Assembly: GCA_964016885.1 (NCBI GenBank)
Contig: OZ024745.1
Coordinates: 62,186,001 to 62,250,000 of the forward strand
Length of the DNA stretch: 64,000 nt
Direction: 5' to 3'
Origin: Eledone cirrhosa
Lineage: Eukaryota
Shown: positions 43,247-57,610 of the stretch, one piece after another
How the letters are laid out: each line of letters starts with the position of its first letter
Numbering within the stretch: the stretch's first letter is position 1
Position numbers and translations under genes: made by a program
The notes under the pieces: generated by a model
Database searches by the model: none
What the model was told of the DNA's origin: nothing
The model's input: the letters and a program-made list of their open reading frames with translations, nothing else

Positions 43247-43445
43247 TTGAATTTGTGTTAGTGCCTTTGCGTCTATATGTTTATAACATTTCACACCGAT
43301 ATGGACAGAGATCTAAACACTTATACACATAGTTATACGCTTAGCAGCGTGTGTCATTCGTCTTTATAAGATTCCGTTTCCTTCTCTCTCTCCCTCTATT
43401 TCTTTCTTTCTCCCTCTTATACACACCCTCACAGTATATATATAT

Positions 43446-43487
<42 letters not shown>

Positions 43488-44689
43488 TATTTATATATAT
43501 TACTGCACTTTTATTTGTGTGAAACTATGATGTTCTCAAAAAGTTTCAAACCATTTATGACCTTTAACAAATCAATTTTATCAAAGCTACTAATGAACAC
43601 TCTATAATTCACGATACTCTGTTCCATTGAAACAACGTTAAGTTCACTGCACAAACACACACATACATACACCCATACACCCACACACCCATGTAAACAC
43701 ACACACACACACATATATATAATCGTGTGTGTGTCTTTATATATGTGCATGCGTGTGTGTGTCTGTGTGCGTGTTACTCAATATTTAAAATGCCCAAGCG
43801 CTCGACGGAAATCGAACTACCTATCACATTATTGAGAACATTCGTTATTACTGCAAATTAATAATCGATATTTCCGTCACTTTCAATCAAGTAAAATTTC
43901 CAGAATTCATTGGAATTCTTTGCTACCGTATTAGCAATATACTTGCTGCCTCATTTTGTTACTTAGAAATATTTAAAATTCGAGTTAATGTTTTAAATTT
44001 TCGAAGTATTTTCTGAGATTTTAATAAAAACGGCATTTCTAACATCATTTTGGGGTAAATGGTTTTGTCTTGAATCACCATCATCAAAATATCAACCTTG
44101 TGAAGGTTATATCAATCCGGAAAGGTGGATGTAGAGTGGATTCTAGTCGAGTGTATCGGAAACTCTCATTTTATATGATACATTATCAATCTTCGCAAGT
44201 ACACATAGATTTATGAGGAAAAAATAATAACTGGGGTAGCATACATAAATACTTTATCTACTGTTTACTCAAATTAATATGGATGCTACGCAACTAGTTA
44301 CTGAGTAACCACTACAAATTTAATTGTTCATGTTGAACACTACGTTAATATTGAATTTCATTACTATTTAGCAATGAAAAGCACATGGCTCGGGTTATTT
44401 AAATGTGACCAATTTGCTTGCGAGTTCAGATGTATCTATTTGAAACCAAGATATAGTAGAGTGTACATTTCTCTTCTTAGAATGACCATACTCTGTAATT
44501 ACCTGGAGGTTAAACGTGTTAATCGTGACGTACACTAATATGAACCAATTTGGAATATCATCTACGATGTTTACAGCCGTCATCAGATTTATGCACCCGA
44601 AATAGTGAGAAGATAAACATGGCTCCCCGGAACTTTAACCTGTTCAGTGCTAGTATAACATGTCCCATAATAATCGTCAACATTTGATT

Positions 44690-44905
44690 GATAATGGTTT
44701 CTGATGTAGGCACAAGGCCAACACATTTGGGGGGGAGCAAAATTCGATTAAATTGAACCCATTATGTTACTGGTGCTTTATTTTATCGACCCCGTAACGA
44801 TGAAATTCAAAGCTAACCTTGGTGGGATTTGAACTCAGAATGTAAAAGACCATAACTATATACCACTAAGCATAATTTCTGTCGGTTTACCAATACTGAT
44901 TGGTT
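44690..44905 (-). mobile_element. tRNA-derived SINE copy
   Basis: ggcacaaggcc..ttttatcgaccccgtaa..gggatttgaactcag. Confidence 0.8.
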
Positions 44906-45564
44906 CACACACTATTGTTTTCTAACTGCAAAGATTTCCTAAACACACACATGTTTGGAAGAGAGATATTAGTATAAAAAGAGAGATAGTACATAAAGTA
45001 TCACATTCATTATATTACTTATAATAATGTTATACTTTCGATAGTGGATTAAACTGTGAATATGATGCCAGATCCAGCTATTTACTATTTTGTACCAACG
45101 CTGTCTATTTTATGTTAGCGCATTATTCACAGCTTCAATCTTGTTTTACACACAAAAACGATTATATCACATATAAATTTACTCCATAGATTCACAACAA
45201 TATGTTTGTAATACAAACAATATTTTTCTCTATGCCTCAGTAAAGATTCCATAAACCGATGCACGCCATATAGTGTCAGACAGAGTAACGTCGATTCACT
45301 TTCTCCCGCGTAATGCTCGTACGATATCATAGAAGTTGATAGAGATATTTACACGAAAAATTAGACTGTAAATTCGAGTAAATCGCCACATGTTTTTTCG
45401 CATATCACATTCTTTCTTCTAATCTCACTCCTCTCAACTACTACTAGTATTAGACATTCTCGAATAGAGATAAGCTACGGCGAAACAAAAAATACTTGTA
45501 CACATCTTGTTCAAAAGATCACGAATTTTCTAGTTAAGCGCTACTATATAGACCTGATTCCAGT

Positions 45565-45980
45565 GCGTTCATGCTTTGTAGTATAGAGTTACGCCTCTTT
45601 ACAGTCTGAGTTCAAATCCCGCCTTTCATCCCTACGGCGTCGATAAAATAAAGTACCAGTAATGCACTGAGATAATTGCCGACCTTGTGCCAAATGTAGA
45701 AACAGTTATTAATATATATAACTTAGAACGGCCCTTTACGTTCTAAGTTCAAATCCCGCCGAGGTTAGCTTTGCCTTTCATCCTTACGGGGTCGATAAAA
45801 TAAAATACTAGTAACATATTGGGGCTGATTTAATTTACTTTCCCCTCCCGGCCGAGGTTAGCTTTGCCTTTCATCCTTACAGGCTTGATAAAATAAATTA
45901 TCCGTAACATAATGTGATTGATTTAATCGACTTTTCCCTCCCAAAATTTGCTGGCCTTATGCCTATAGTACAAATCATTA
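45565..45980 (+). mobile_element. Cluster of three partial SINE copies in tandem
   Basis: Core ctttcatcc..gataaaata repeated in ~45565-45712, ~45728-45850 and ~45851-45980. Confidence 0.8.
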
Positions 45981-46639
45981 TATATATTACACAATGACAG
46001 ATGTTATGAAAAAAAGGCCCGCTCACACAGTTTAATCTCAGAATATAAAAGAAGGAAACTGATTAAAGTAAGGAGATCTATTTAGGGAATAGGGACCTAT
46101 CATGCGCAATATTCCACACATATAAAGAATGGTTTCCATACCACGTATCGTTTCTTGTCCTGAATTGCCCTTCATCTTTATACAACATTGTATATGTCTT
46201 CATCATTGAGATTAATTAATGTAAAGAAATGTATAAATAATTAATATCACTATGCTGACTGGAACGTTGGGTAGGCTACACTACCTTAAAGCCCGTGATT
46301 ATGTTGTTTCACAAATATGGATGAAATGCATACTTCTCTGTAAATCTTGTCCGCTTTCTAAAATCATGTTAAGAGTGATCGACATTTGTATTCTCTCGAT
46401 TTCATAGAAACATGAGAAATAAATATATATTGATGATAAAACATTGGAAAGACATGTTTTATTAATTTGCTTATTGAATATATTTGCAAAGACGCAAGGC
46501 TGACTGTGATTAATGACAAACAGAACGGAATGCTATAGTGCCTGTGTCGATCGGATGTTTAACAACCGGCTAATTGATCAATGTTCCGTATATCGTCAGC
46601 ACTACTGCACTACACACAACACGACACCATAACAATTGG

Positions 46640-46790
46640 TGATTTTGTTGTTGTTGGGTGGTGGGTGGTAGTGGTTTGTGATAGTGGTGATGATGATGGT
46701 GGTCGTGGTGGTGGTGCTAGCAGCAGTGGTGTTGTTGTTGTTGTTGTTGGTGGTGGTGGTGCCGGTGGTGTTGATAAAAATGATAATGAC
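46640..46790. repeat. Compound (GTT)n/(GGT)n/(GAT)n low-complexity tract
   Basis: Direct reading. Confidence 0.9.
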
Positions 46791-49339
46791 GAGAAACAAG
46801 CATGTCTTAATAAATGACAATTTATACAGATGTATATAGATGTATATAGAGTTAGTCTGAAAGTGAATATTTAAAAGAGCAACAATCCTTATAATTATAG
46901 CAGACTTGGGAATTATGAAAATTACATAGGCAGCCGAATGCATAACCGCAAATCTCCGGAATTTATAAACATGAACATAATACACAAAGTAGAATTATTA
47001 TTCACTGACGAATATTAGGAAGATTACATGTAATACAATAGTAACTTTATTGGCAAGATGGTCGCAACGCAGAAACTCCAAAGCACATTATACAAATATG
47101 CTTACGAAGCATTTTGGAATAAACAGATATACAATATACAAATGGGTAACATATATGATACATCAAAAATAGAAACAATTAAAATCTTTCCTTCTAAAAA
47201 TATACAATGTGTGCCATATATGGAGTATGAAGTCCCCCTAATGGCTGATCCGTGACTTCAACATTCAGGCATCATTAGGTAGTTGGCCATCTCTTAGCAA
47301 CGCCACGTAGGAGATAATTCAAATATCTTCATAGACATTGTACAAAAGGTTTGCTGGATTAATTCTATTTGTTGTTATACGTCTCAGCTAAGGCTATCCT
47401 GTAAGATTCCTTGGTCCTATCCGTTATATACCCGCTATCAACATTTCATCGATAGCAGTGCCTACGGCAATTGAACTTTGAAGACCTGACAACATTTATG
47501 ATGGCATTAGTTTGACTAAGTGTTACAGAGGTATTAAAATAATGAGCTATCGGAAAACCTTCTCCAAATCGTCCACAGCATTGCCTCATCTTCTGGGACC
47601 ATTGGGAAATGTGACAACCTAGCAAAGCGCCTGCGCGCCATCATCCATATCATATAATGACATCTGAGAAAATGGTTTTTGATGTTCTGGTCTGGTTAAA
47701 TATCACATGGAGCAAGGCCTGATGATCAAGTGTCAATAACATTGGTGAAATAGATATTTAACAACTCTATCCGATCTTCACACTATAACTCTTTTTCAGA
47801 CAAATTAAAAGCGATACTGTCCATGCTGTCCGTACATCATACTCATATCCCTGTAATGTGGATACTGAGATATCTCAAAATAGATATTTTGACTATTTTA
47901 TTAAATATATTCGATATATGCAGTCGATAGAATAATTAGGAATCGCAACAGATAGTCGCATGTCTTCTTAAGATACATCGGTTGGACATATCATCAACAT
48001 ATTAAAGCCCTAACAACCAGCTTATCGAAAGCTATTTCTTAAATGTGAAAGTATACTAAGAGGCATTTTAGATAAAGTATGCAGTGAAAATAATCCTCAG
48101 TATATGTCATTTTTCAACCACAATTGAACGGAAGAGTATCTTGAGGTTACGAATGAAATTTATCTTTGAATGAGGTTCAGATCAAGGTCATTATTTCATC
48201 CCATACCCTTTTAGTGTACAGTATATCAATATATAAATCAGACTATAAGTTAAATAATTATGTAACCTATAGTTTGATTCCACTTTTACCATTTACGATT
48301 CATATAGACTGTAACAATACATAGTAACGGAGGACGGTGATATTCGAAGTCGAATTTCGAGGTTCTAAACTGCATTACAATATACTAGTGATGATGTAAA
48401 TTGACGGAATCATCCTACGGATGTTAAGCGTATTGCTCTTGATCGTAGTAATGGCAGTAGACGTAAAAATGTGTGTGGTTGTCATATGACAAACAACGTT
48501 ACGAGATGAAGTCCCCAACAAAATCCTTAACTTCTATTTAATAGTAAGTCAACAACAGGTTGAGAGAAAAGTTTCATCAGAAAATTGATCTAATCTCCAA
48601 CTCATCAGGTTTCCAGTAGTTAGAGAACCTTCTTCGTAATATCATAAAACTCAGCAAGCATGTTCTTGTGAAAGATCATATAGCGAGGAAGATTTCTCAC
48701 TTGAACAGGCGATTGAGAACTCTACGGTTAGAGAGAAAACTAATATTCTTTGTAGTAAAAGGCTACCTGAAAATTCCAAGCATTTTAATTCCATCTCAAT
48801 AAAAAGAAATGACCTCATATGTAATTATCGCATTTGGAATGGCAGCCATTAAACATGAATCTGTGTATGAGCTGGAACCTAATATAAAACACTATAAAGG
48901 TGTATTAAGCACGTTGTATATCACAAGAAGTGAAGGATATTTAATAATTTGCTTTAAGGAGTGATTTATTAATTTTTCTCAGTAGGTTTCCAACACACAA
49001 GGAGGACTGATACGTGTCATTTAGTCCTAGAGACGATAGAAAATCCATTATCAGCCGAGAAATATATTTCTCGTGAGAAACTGGATTCAATTCCTAGCAA
49101 CTAATATCTAAATTTTAAGTAGTATCAATAACAGCTATACTGATAGCCGTTATGTCAAAGATAGAACTTACATTTACATGGCTAATGTACCCGCAATGAA
49201 TTATACAAAATTAATTATAGCCTGAATTGAGAAACAGAAGCAATGCATTTTGTCACGAAACAAATAAGATATCAGCACAATATATTATGAACGAAAATTA
49301 ACAATTTCTAGATTATAGATGACAAATGCCATCCGTTTT

Positions 49340-49635
49340 CTATATGATATTAAACAATACATCACAATGTAATGTAACACCAGGCACTAGCTCCCATGGA
49401 ATACAAATAGAGATAACTTAAAGGAGCTGCTCCACGTATGCATAAAGAAGAAAATTCAATTGATTTGAGAAAACGATATGTGGTTACATGAACCAAAGTC
49501 TGTCTTAGGAAACAGGAATTGGAAAATGATCTGAAATTGTCGTATATGGCAGTCCATTACACTACACACAATAGGTGACATCATACGTTCATGAGAGGAA
49601 GAGCATATATAATTGACAAAACAATACAAACCTCC
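49340..49635 (+). pseudogene. Degraded R4-like (restriction-like endonuclease) non-LTR fragment
   Basis: ALAPMEYK*RDN (cf. LA..EY..RH[DN]), HEPKSVLGNRNWKMI (cf. H.P..VLEN...KI.W), HNR-DII..AYIID (cf. HNRPDI..IID). Confidence 0.5.
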
Positions 49636-49649
49636 ACCCACTGGCATGT

Positions 49650-50130
49650 GGTTATAGTGCTGGCCACCTCACACGCCTTGTTGTTCTCAACAAGATCATA
49701 AAGCACGGCCTGAACTGAATGGCGAAGGCTCTGCCGAGAAGACGTCAAAAGGCCAGACTACATGTCGATCTTCCCGTTCCGCGATGGTAGGCCCTATATC
49801 TGGGATGCTACATACTGTGACATCTTCTCTAGCGGGAAACTGGTGCGTTCGGCTACCAGACCAGATTTCGCTTCCCGCCAAGCCGAAGCGGGTAAAATCC
49901 AGATATTGGCCACTCCCTGATAGATTTGTGGTAGAGCTAGTTATTGTGGAGACTTTCAGCGTTCTTGGGCCTCGGACTACATCCCTAGTAACGGCAGTCG
50001 GAGCAGAGTTGGCTACACGCATGTGCAAGTCGCACGAGGTGAAGTGGCTGTTCCAGCGTGAATCATTCTCCCTCTTCCAGGGCAAGATATTTTCTATTCT
50101 GTCGGTCAGGACTAAGATAGTTGGAGGTGG
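49650..50130 (+). pseudogene. CRE-clade non-LTR retrotransposon C-terminal restriction-like endonuclease fragment
   Basis: An unlisted frame reads LCREDVKRPDYMSIFPFRDGRPYIWDATYCDIFS..ASRQAEAGK, then shifts into SRY..IVETFSVLG..WLFQRESFSLFQGKIFSIL. This fits the RPD..WD.T..AE..K..Y..VET.G..QR.S..QRGN pattern. Confidence 0.75.
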
Positions 50131-50864
50131 AGATAGTCGTTCAGACGGTACACATAAAAATATGCTAATTAACTGTTTACATCGAACTAGCTCCCACACA
50201 ATTGATTAAAATATATAAAATGGCGAAAGGAAGGACGTTTGACCACGTCTTGACCACACAAAATATATTATTTTCACAAAAAACTGCCCTTAAAAATACC
50301 TGTCAAATGGATTACAATATTCATTATTACAAATACTTTGACTGTTCCTTGACTACTAGTACCAGCTTCAGCATAGAATTATTTTAACGAAGTATATTTG
50401 ATTTGATTTGATTTTTGCCAACAAACCACGTATTGACATGGACGGGGAAAAAAATAAAAATCACTACATCCCTTAGGGATCGCAGTAAGTACTTCACAAA
50501 ATATATAAACAACAATATACACACAGATTTATATACAGATACATTACCACACGCATATACACACAAGTGAAAAGAAACCATACTATTTCGTGTGAGACAC
50601 TATACCGGCCAATCTTATGTACATTTGTAAAATCTTTCTGAACATTGACTTCTCTTCTAACCCACATACACATTTTAATTATATATATATAATTATATAT
50701 TCGTGTGCAGATCTTTTTGCATACACACACACATAATACATAGGAAAACAGAAACAGAAATACAAAAACAAAACATAAACAAACATTTATCTCGTTAACA
50801 AATGTGCTAAACTTACGCAGCATATTTATTTGTTTACATTTACATTGTTGTTCTACTGTACGGA

Positions 50865-52030
50865 TGGACAGTCAGGACAAAATAACTATTGTGACATCCA
50901 CGGATGAAGTGTGCGATGAAACTGTTCCAAAATAGAACATTGCCCAGAAAATCATGTCTGTCATCTATGTACAGAACCAGAGAACTCCTTCCGAAATCGA
51001 TGGGTCGAATGTGGCAAATGTGTTTCTGTTTGCCTTTAATGTGTCACAAACTTTCGAAAGATCCCGGGTCAGAAAAAGAGACACCATACTTCTATGATGG
51101 ATGGGCTCTGGGAAATGGTCCAGCTAACAAATTGGACCTTTCAGTGCCTGGCTTGTATGTCTGCCTCTACCATTGCTGCTGAACAACAACAACAAAAACA
51201 GAAGATCGTGTCTTCCTTTACCATTGTTCCTGAACAAAAAAAACAAAAAAAACAAAAAGCCAACGACCGTAGTTTTTGCTACTACCCTCGTTGAAGGACT
51301 TCATCAACAACAGCAACCCATGTCTTCCTCCCCCGTTACTTTTCAACAACAATAACCGACGACTGTGTCTTCCCCTACTATGCTTGTTGAAGAAGAACAA
51401 CAACAAAAATCGACCGTCAACACGGAGTTTGAGGAAATACGGCAAATGATTTCCGCTTTAAGCCGAGAAATAGCGGGAATAAAATCAAGCGTTCGTGTAG
51501 AACCTCAGAATAAGGGATCTTACCGGAGTGCATTGTTAAAAAATCTTCGCGTACCTCTTGTCGAATCTAGACTCATTGAGAATGCCACTGAATCTGCAAA
51601 CCACGAAGTGATTGCCATTGGTGTACCAGAAGACCTAGTTGATCTTCAGGCATTTGCTGCCAGTTCAACCAAAGACTTGGGTTGTGCTCCCGCGAAGGGT
51701 GCTCTACGCCTTGGCCGACCAGGTACGAAACCCAGGCTAATTAGACTGTCTTTTTCGAACTCAACTGAGGCACGTTCATACCTTGTAGCCTCTGATAAAG
51801 CTTGGCGTGAAAGTCGGATTGCTTTCCGAACACACCCTGGTCTTCCACTTGATGTCCGCCCAAAGTTGCGTGCTGCAGTTTCCTTAAACCGCAGCTCGGC
51901 AGACCTGAAAGCTTCAGCCTACGTGATGATGTGCAGATATGGAAGTTTGTTAAGGCTGGTGAAACATGGAAGAGAGATACCAGCTGGTCTGAAAACACTG
52001 TACCCACAACAACTGACAATAAAAAACTGA
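50865..52030 (+). pseudogene. LINE ORF1 remnant (PHD-like Cys cluster, coiled coil, RRM-like)
   Basis: CHLC..WVECGKC..WTFQCLAC, FEEIRQMISALSREIAGIK, VIAIGVPED..RLGRPGTKPRLIRLSF. Contains stops and frameshifts. Confidence 0.75.
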
Positions 52031-52089
52031 AAAAAACTCTGGGAAACTAACCTGCCATCCCCTGCACATAATCATAGACTTGAATCAAG

Positions 52090-54835
52090 GTTCACATTGT
52101 TGTCCTTGAATGCACGTAATCTATGCAATAAGATTCATCTTTTTGACTCCTACGTCAAAAGTATCAACCCTGACTTCATTACAGTAACGGAAACTTGGGC
52201 ACATTCCTTACTCTATGATGGGGTTTTCAGCATAACTGGCTATAACTTGTTTCGTAAAGACCGCATTAATCGTGGTGGTGGTGGTGTAATGGTCTACGTT
52301 CGGTCAAATTTGTCGGCAATTCCTTGTATTGATTTGAACCAATCGCAGTAGGAAGTATTTTCCTGCGATATACGTATGACCATGTCAAGACTGCTACTTG
52401 GAGTCTTTTACCGTCCCCCAAATTGCCATCAGGACACTCAAATTTGTGATATCCTCAGAGTTGCTGTCAGAAAAACAGCCACTTATGTTTTTATTGCAGG
52501 GGACTCCAATCACCCTGAGATTGACTGGGAAACCTTTCGTTGGCCGCCAAGTGCAAATGACTTCCTTGAGCTAGTGCTGGACTCGAATTGGTCCCAAGTA
52601 TTCACCTCCCCAAACAAGAGGTGACAACACTTTGTACCTCCTCTTCTGCACTACTCCTGAAACGGTTATTAGTGTTACTACTGAGGAACCTTTAGGTGAC
52701 TCTGATCATGCTACGATCATTGTCAATCTATCCCTCATGGGCAGTAACAAAAACCACACCATCTCCAAACTGCTCACTTTGACTGGAATAAAGCAGACTG
52801 GAACTGTTACTGCACCGAGTCGCAACGTCCAATGTCAACACTGTACTCCAGAACATCCTGAGCTCAATATGGACAGCATGTGCAGCATCGGTGCCTCGTA
52901 AGCAGAAAAAAACATCCCAAAAGTGCAATTTGGGAGACTGCAGCAGTCCGTCTTGGCAGAAAAGAACGTCGTAATGCTGAACGTGAGTACAAACTGCATA
53001 AATCGGATATCAATAGGAAGAGGCGAAATAAATCATCCAACCATCTCAAACAGGTGACAAAAAAGGCAGTGCTTCAATTTGAGCAGTGCATAGCAACCAG
53101 CCCTGACAGTAAGGTGTTCTGGAAATATGTTCACTCAAAGCAGAGGCCTCACTCTCCAGTTGGTCCTCTTCGCAATCCCCACACAAGCCAGGTTACTGAC
53201 GACCCCAAGGAATGCGCAGAGCTCATTGCTGAATACTATGCAGGCATTTTCACTTTTCACTATTGAAGACCAGAGTGTACCGTCTACACAGCCTATGACA
53301 CCGGATTCTATTACAACTATGGAATTTACACCTGCAATGCTGCAACGTCACCTTAAAAATAAACGCAACCATGCCCCTCCTGATCTTGATGGTGTTACGT
53401 ACCTGCTTCTCAAACGTGGTGGGTACTTCCTTCTGCACCAGCTATCACGCTTCTTCCAATTCTGTTTGAACAACGGTGCTACTCCAGAACAGTGGAAAAC
53501 TGCCAGTGTCATTCCTCTGTTCAAAGAGGGTGACCGCACATCACCTGTGAACTATCGTCCAGTCAGTCTTACTATCTGCATTGCCAAACTGATGGAATCA
53601 TGTGTCAGAGAAGCACTTTGGAACTTCTGGAACTCTCGTAGTCTTATCCGGCCCTCGCAATTTGGATTTATCCGTAAGTCCAGCTGCTGTGATCAACTTA
53701 TCGAGTTTCTTGAAGACATCATCCGGATCACTGATGGCGGCTCATGGGTGGGTGTTTACCTTGACTTTGCTAAAACTTTCAATTCTGTGCCACACAAAAG
53801 GCTTATGGCAAAACTCTCTGCAATGGGTGTGAAGGATGATCTTTTTAACTGGTTGAAGTCCTTCATTCTCAGTCGAAGAGAGTTATTCACGGTTCTAGGA
53901 CAGCATTCCTCACCATATGAGATGTCATCTGGTGTACCACAGGGATCTGCTCTCGGCACCCTTTTGTTTGTGGCATATATTAATGACATAGATGCCAACT
54001 TAAAGAATGCCACAGTACTGAAATATGCAGATGACCTCAAGCTGTACCTTGAGATAAAAAGGAGAGATCCTGAACATATAGATCTTGCCTGCAATCTGAC
54101 TTGGACACAATGCAACAATGGATCACAGACTGGCAACTCAAGCTAGCTGTGGACAAGTGCACCACCATGTATTTTGGGAGTAAAAACCCAGCGTCCACAT
54201 ACTCCCTCCACATCACTAATATCAAGAAGTCTTCTTGTGAACGTGACCGGGGTATTACAGTCAGCAGAGATTTGCGTTGGACGAAGCACGTCTCTAAAAT
54301 TGTCAAGAAGGCCGAGAGTGTCTTAGCATCACTCAGCAAGACCTTTGTCAGCCGCTCTCCAGCTATCTATTTAAAACTGCATATAGCTATGGTCCGGCCA
54401 CACTTAGAATTTGTATCACCAGTCTGGAACCCCTATCTTGCTCAGAACATTGACCGCCTGGAAACTGTTCAGAGACGTGCAACCAAGCTAATACCCTCCA
54501 TCAGGCATCTACCATACCGTGAACGCCTTGCTTCCCTGGAAATTGATACATTGGAGCTCCGACGTCTGGCAACTGACTTGGTAAACATGCACAAAATTAT
54601 TAACCATCTTGCCAACATCAACCCTGAGTACCTTTTTGATTTCCATGTGTCTAACAAATGTGGGCATGCCCACAAAGTCAGAAAACAGCACAGTTCCCAT
54701 GACTTTCGGAAACATCTTTTCACGCTCAGAGTTGCTGAAGCATGGAACAATCTACCTGCATCAGTTATTAGCTGTCGAAACACTTCATCCTTTAAAACCT
54801 CCATGCTTCCTGAGATTCGCCAACACTACACCTAA
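52090..54835 (+). pseudogene. LINE ORF2 remnant (APE endonuclease + reverse transcriptase)
   Basis: LNAR, TETW, RKDR..GGGV, YRPP, GDSNHPEIDW, SDH; NYRPVSLT, QFGF, YLDFAKTFNSVPH, GVPQGSALG, YADD; VRPHLEF..VWNP, LETVQRRATK. Split over about six frames. Confidence 0.95.
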
Positions 54836-55112
54836 TATTCCCCCTCCATACACAAACACACATGTATATCATGACTCATACACTATTCACTTCTATGTCA
54901 TTTGTATATTATTCTATGTACTTTACTTGCACCTTTGACGATTTGTAGTGCACCTGAGCACTTTACACACTAATTTCATTATTATTATTTAAAATGGTGT
55001 GCTAAAATGAAAGGAAAAGGATGTATTATACCACCTAAGCCGTTTAATTCAATACATTATGTTCATTAAAGGAAACCCCCATGATTCCAATTTTTAATTA
55101 AGGCACAGGAAT

Positions 55113-55440
55113 AGTGAAACTCTGCAGCCGCAACCTAGTGCAGTCTGAGACTGACCCAGGTTCTTCTGCACGTCGGGCTGAGGGGACAAACTCCTCAAAT
55201 ACCGGTCGCTCTCAGACAGGTTTGCGGTCGTACCCCTGTCAGTGGAGACTTTGGTGTCCTCGGCCTCAGGGCTACCTCCTTATTTGCCACCATAAGCGCT
55301 GAGCTGGCCAGCCGCAGGCGTGAGCCCCGCGAGAGAGTGGCTTTTCCAGCGCGTCCCTCTTGCCGTCCTCCGGGGATACACCTTCTCCATTCTGTCCGCC
55401 GGGGCTGTGGGTGGGCCCCCTCGCATACCGTTGAAGTTGT
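55113..55440 (+). pseudogene. Second CRE-clade 3' fragment
   Basis: PGSSARRAE..KYRSLSDRFAVVPLSVET..REWLFQRVPLAVLRGYTFSIL, homologous in protein to 49830-50110. Confidence 0.7.
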
Positions 55441-55719
55441 TGTATGCAGATATTAACTCATCAATCCCATTGTCCTACTCCATAAAATTCCAATATTGTT
55501 CATTCTGTCAAGCCACTGGCAGATCATCTGTGAGTTTAGCCAAAAGTTCTTCTATTCCTTCTTATTTTTCATAAGATCATGGGAACATAGTCCTCATGCA
55601 CACCTTCTTTCTCTTTTATCAACAGTTTGCCACTCCCACCACAGCTACATTCCATATCCGACTATGCCAGGTCGTGGAGGGCTTGTCTTTCACATCTGTT
55701 GTTGTTGTTGTTGTTGCTG

Positions 55720-56330
55720 TTGTTGCTGAAGGCCAAAGCTAAACAGAAAAAGTGAATGGAATAACAACAACACCCAAACAAGCAATACTGACCTAAGAGA
55801 AATATAAATAAATAAATAAATAAATAAATATATACACAAGCACAATAACAACAAACACATATAAGCACACACTAGTAAACTAAAATAGAATACAATAACC
55901 AAAACACAGTCACCCAAACGCGAACATACATCAAACACTATACACACACGCAAACGCATGCGCAGAGAAGAAGACAAAAATAAATAAATAAACAGATTAA
56001 ATAAAGATGGCGTAAATATACAATACAACAGGAGGAACATAATAGCACCACTGACGATGTTGCAGATGTGCAACGAAAAAACTTTGTTAGACTATATATA
56101 TGTGTTTATATCTATATTATATCTGTATTTTTGACCGTTGGTGAATCAATGGTAAACATTGCGGACCGAATGAATTAACTGATATAAAAAGATACAGAAG
56201 CGAAAACCAACCAAACAGTGAGTGTGTACTGCTATTAATTCTGGCAATATTATTACAACAATATTACCCTCCCCAAGTATAACAATATTTGTTTCGGCAC
56301 ACGATTTCATATAAAAAACCTCGCAAAACA
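55720..56330 (+). mobile_element. PLE pseudo-LTR copy (same family as 12549-12946) with HHR-like motif
   Basis: taaataaagatggcgta..CTGACGA(56051)-t-gttgca/tgcaac-GAAA(56075)..cccaagtataacaatatttgtttcg. Confidence 0.75.
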
Positions 56331-56554
56331 CACACACACATATATATATATATTATAATAGAATATAAAAGAAAAACGAAGACAGGCATATACATATATG
56401 TGTTTAAATCGTAAGGGATGTGATTCGCTTAGGTGAAAAGAATAATAACTATAGAATTGGAACTCAATTGTCTATAGTTAGCATTCTTTTCACCTTAGCG
56501 AATCAGGTTACTTATGATTTGAACACATATACGTATATGTCTTTGTTCCTTTTA

Positions 56555-56612
<58 letters not shown>

Positions 56613-56623
<11 letters not shown>

Positions 56624-57181
56624 CGTAAATAAGAAAGTTATGAAAATTGACTTACTTACTAAAATTTCACTCCAACTAATTAGTTTCTGTAAGGGGATAA
56701 ATATAGTTACGTAATATAACTATAGAGAAGCCTTACGTCATCAGGGAGTCTATTCTCAGCTAAGCTTCCAGGCAATGCGGGGACACTGGGAACTTATATA
56801 AAAATAATTCAGTGGATGGAAAAAAGCGAGCGGGGCTAGATTCCAAGACATTGAAAAATTCACTGCCTACTTGTTCAAGTGGCAAATTCAAAAGAATCAA
56901 TCACGTGACACTGCGGTTAATCAGCCCGCGGTGGGGGTGCTATTAAGACAGAACCTAGCCACTACTATCAGTCACAGTAGTAATTTCAGCAAATTTTGCT
57001 CAACAAATAATCTGGAGGTAATTAGTAAGTAAGTCAATTTTCATAACTTTCTTATTTACGTCTTTTATATAATTGTTCTGCATCCCCCTGCATAGAACCA
57101 CAAAGTTACTAAGACAAAACATATATATATTTGCTAGCATAGGTATGCATCTGTATACATATGTCGGTAGATATATTAATT

Positions 57182-57185
<4 letters not shown>
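56613..57185. mobile_element. Element with ~50-bp inverted arm plus tail, in (TA)n
   Basis: taaaagacgtaaataagaaagttatgaaaattgacttacttactaa (~56615-56662) is inverted at ~57022-57070, with a tail to ~57185. Confidence 0.65.
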
Positions 57186-57225
<40 letters not shown>

Positions 57226-57229
<4 letters not shown>

Positions 57230-57421
57230 CGAAGGAAATGTGGTAAGGAACCAGATGGATCATAACGCACCAAAGTACTCAATACTTAGGGTAGTAGAGT
57301 GGGTAATAGGAACAATTAGGGCCCCGACGGCTGAGCTCATGTCGTTCGACGGCTAATTCTGGACTCAGAATTAGCCGTCGAAACAGCTTGAGCTCAGCCG
57401 TCGGGGTCCTACTTCTTCCTA
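57226..57421 (-). mobile_element. Hairpin element family D, second copy
   Basis: Reverse complement of 21549-21735, including the tail. Confidence 0.8.
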
Positions 57422-57610
57422 TATATAGTAATAATAATAAATTTGAAGACTAAAATCCAAAGAGGGCTCGATAAGAATAAATATATATCAAATATATATG
57501 AACTGTAGAGCAAATATTTATTAAAATAACAGATTAAAGTTTAAGCAAAGATCGCTTAACGGGATCTTCTGAAACTAACAAAGTCAATCTGTGAACGCAG
57601 AAGTGAACAA

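Larger units (their letters stand above)
50860..54990 (+). mobile_element. CR1-type LINE, near full length, disrupted
   Basis: ORF1 and ORF2 remnants in order, a 3' UTR with gtagtgcacctgagcact, and an (ATT)n tail at ~54977-54990. The 5' boundary is approximate and no TSD was identified. Confidence 0.9.

Noticed and set aside
47050-49000. Possible Gypsy gag/pol remnant
   Set aside because: Only faint motif resemblance, and no LTRs or catalytic motifs could be verified by eye.
49696-50199. 167-aa minus-strand ORF as a host exon
   Set aside because: The opposite strand encodes a recognisable CRE-type endonuclease, so this is a shadow ORF.
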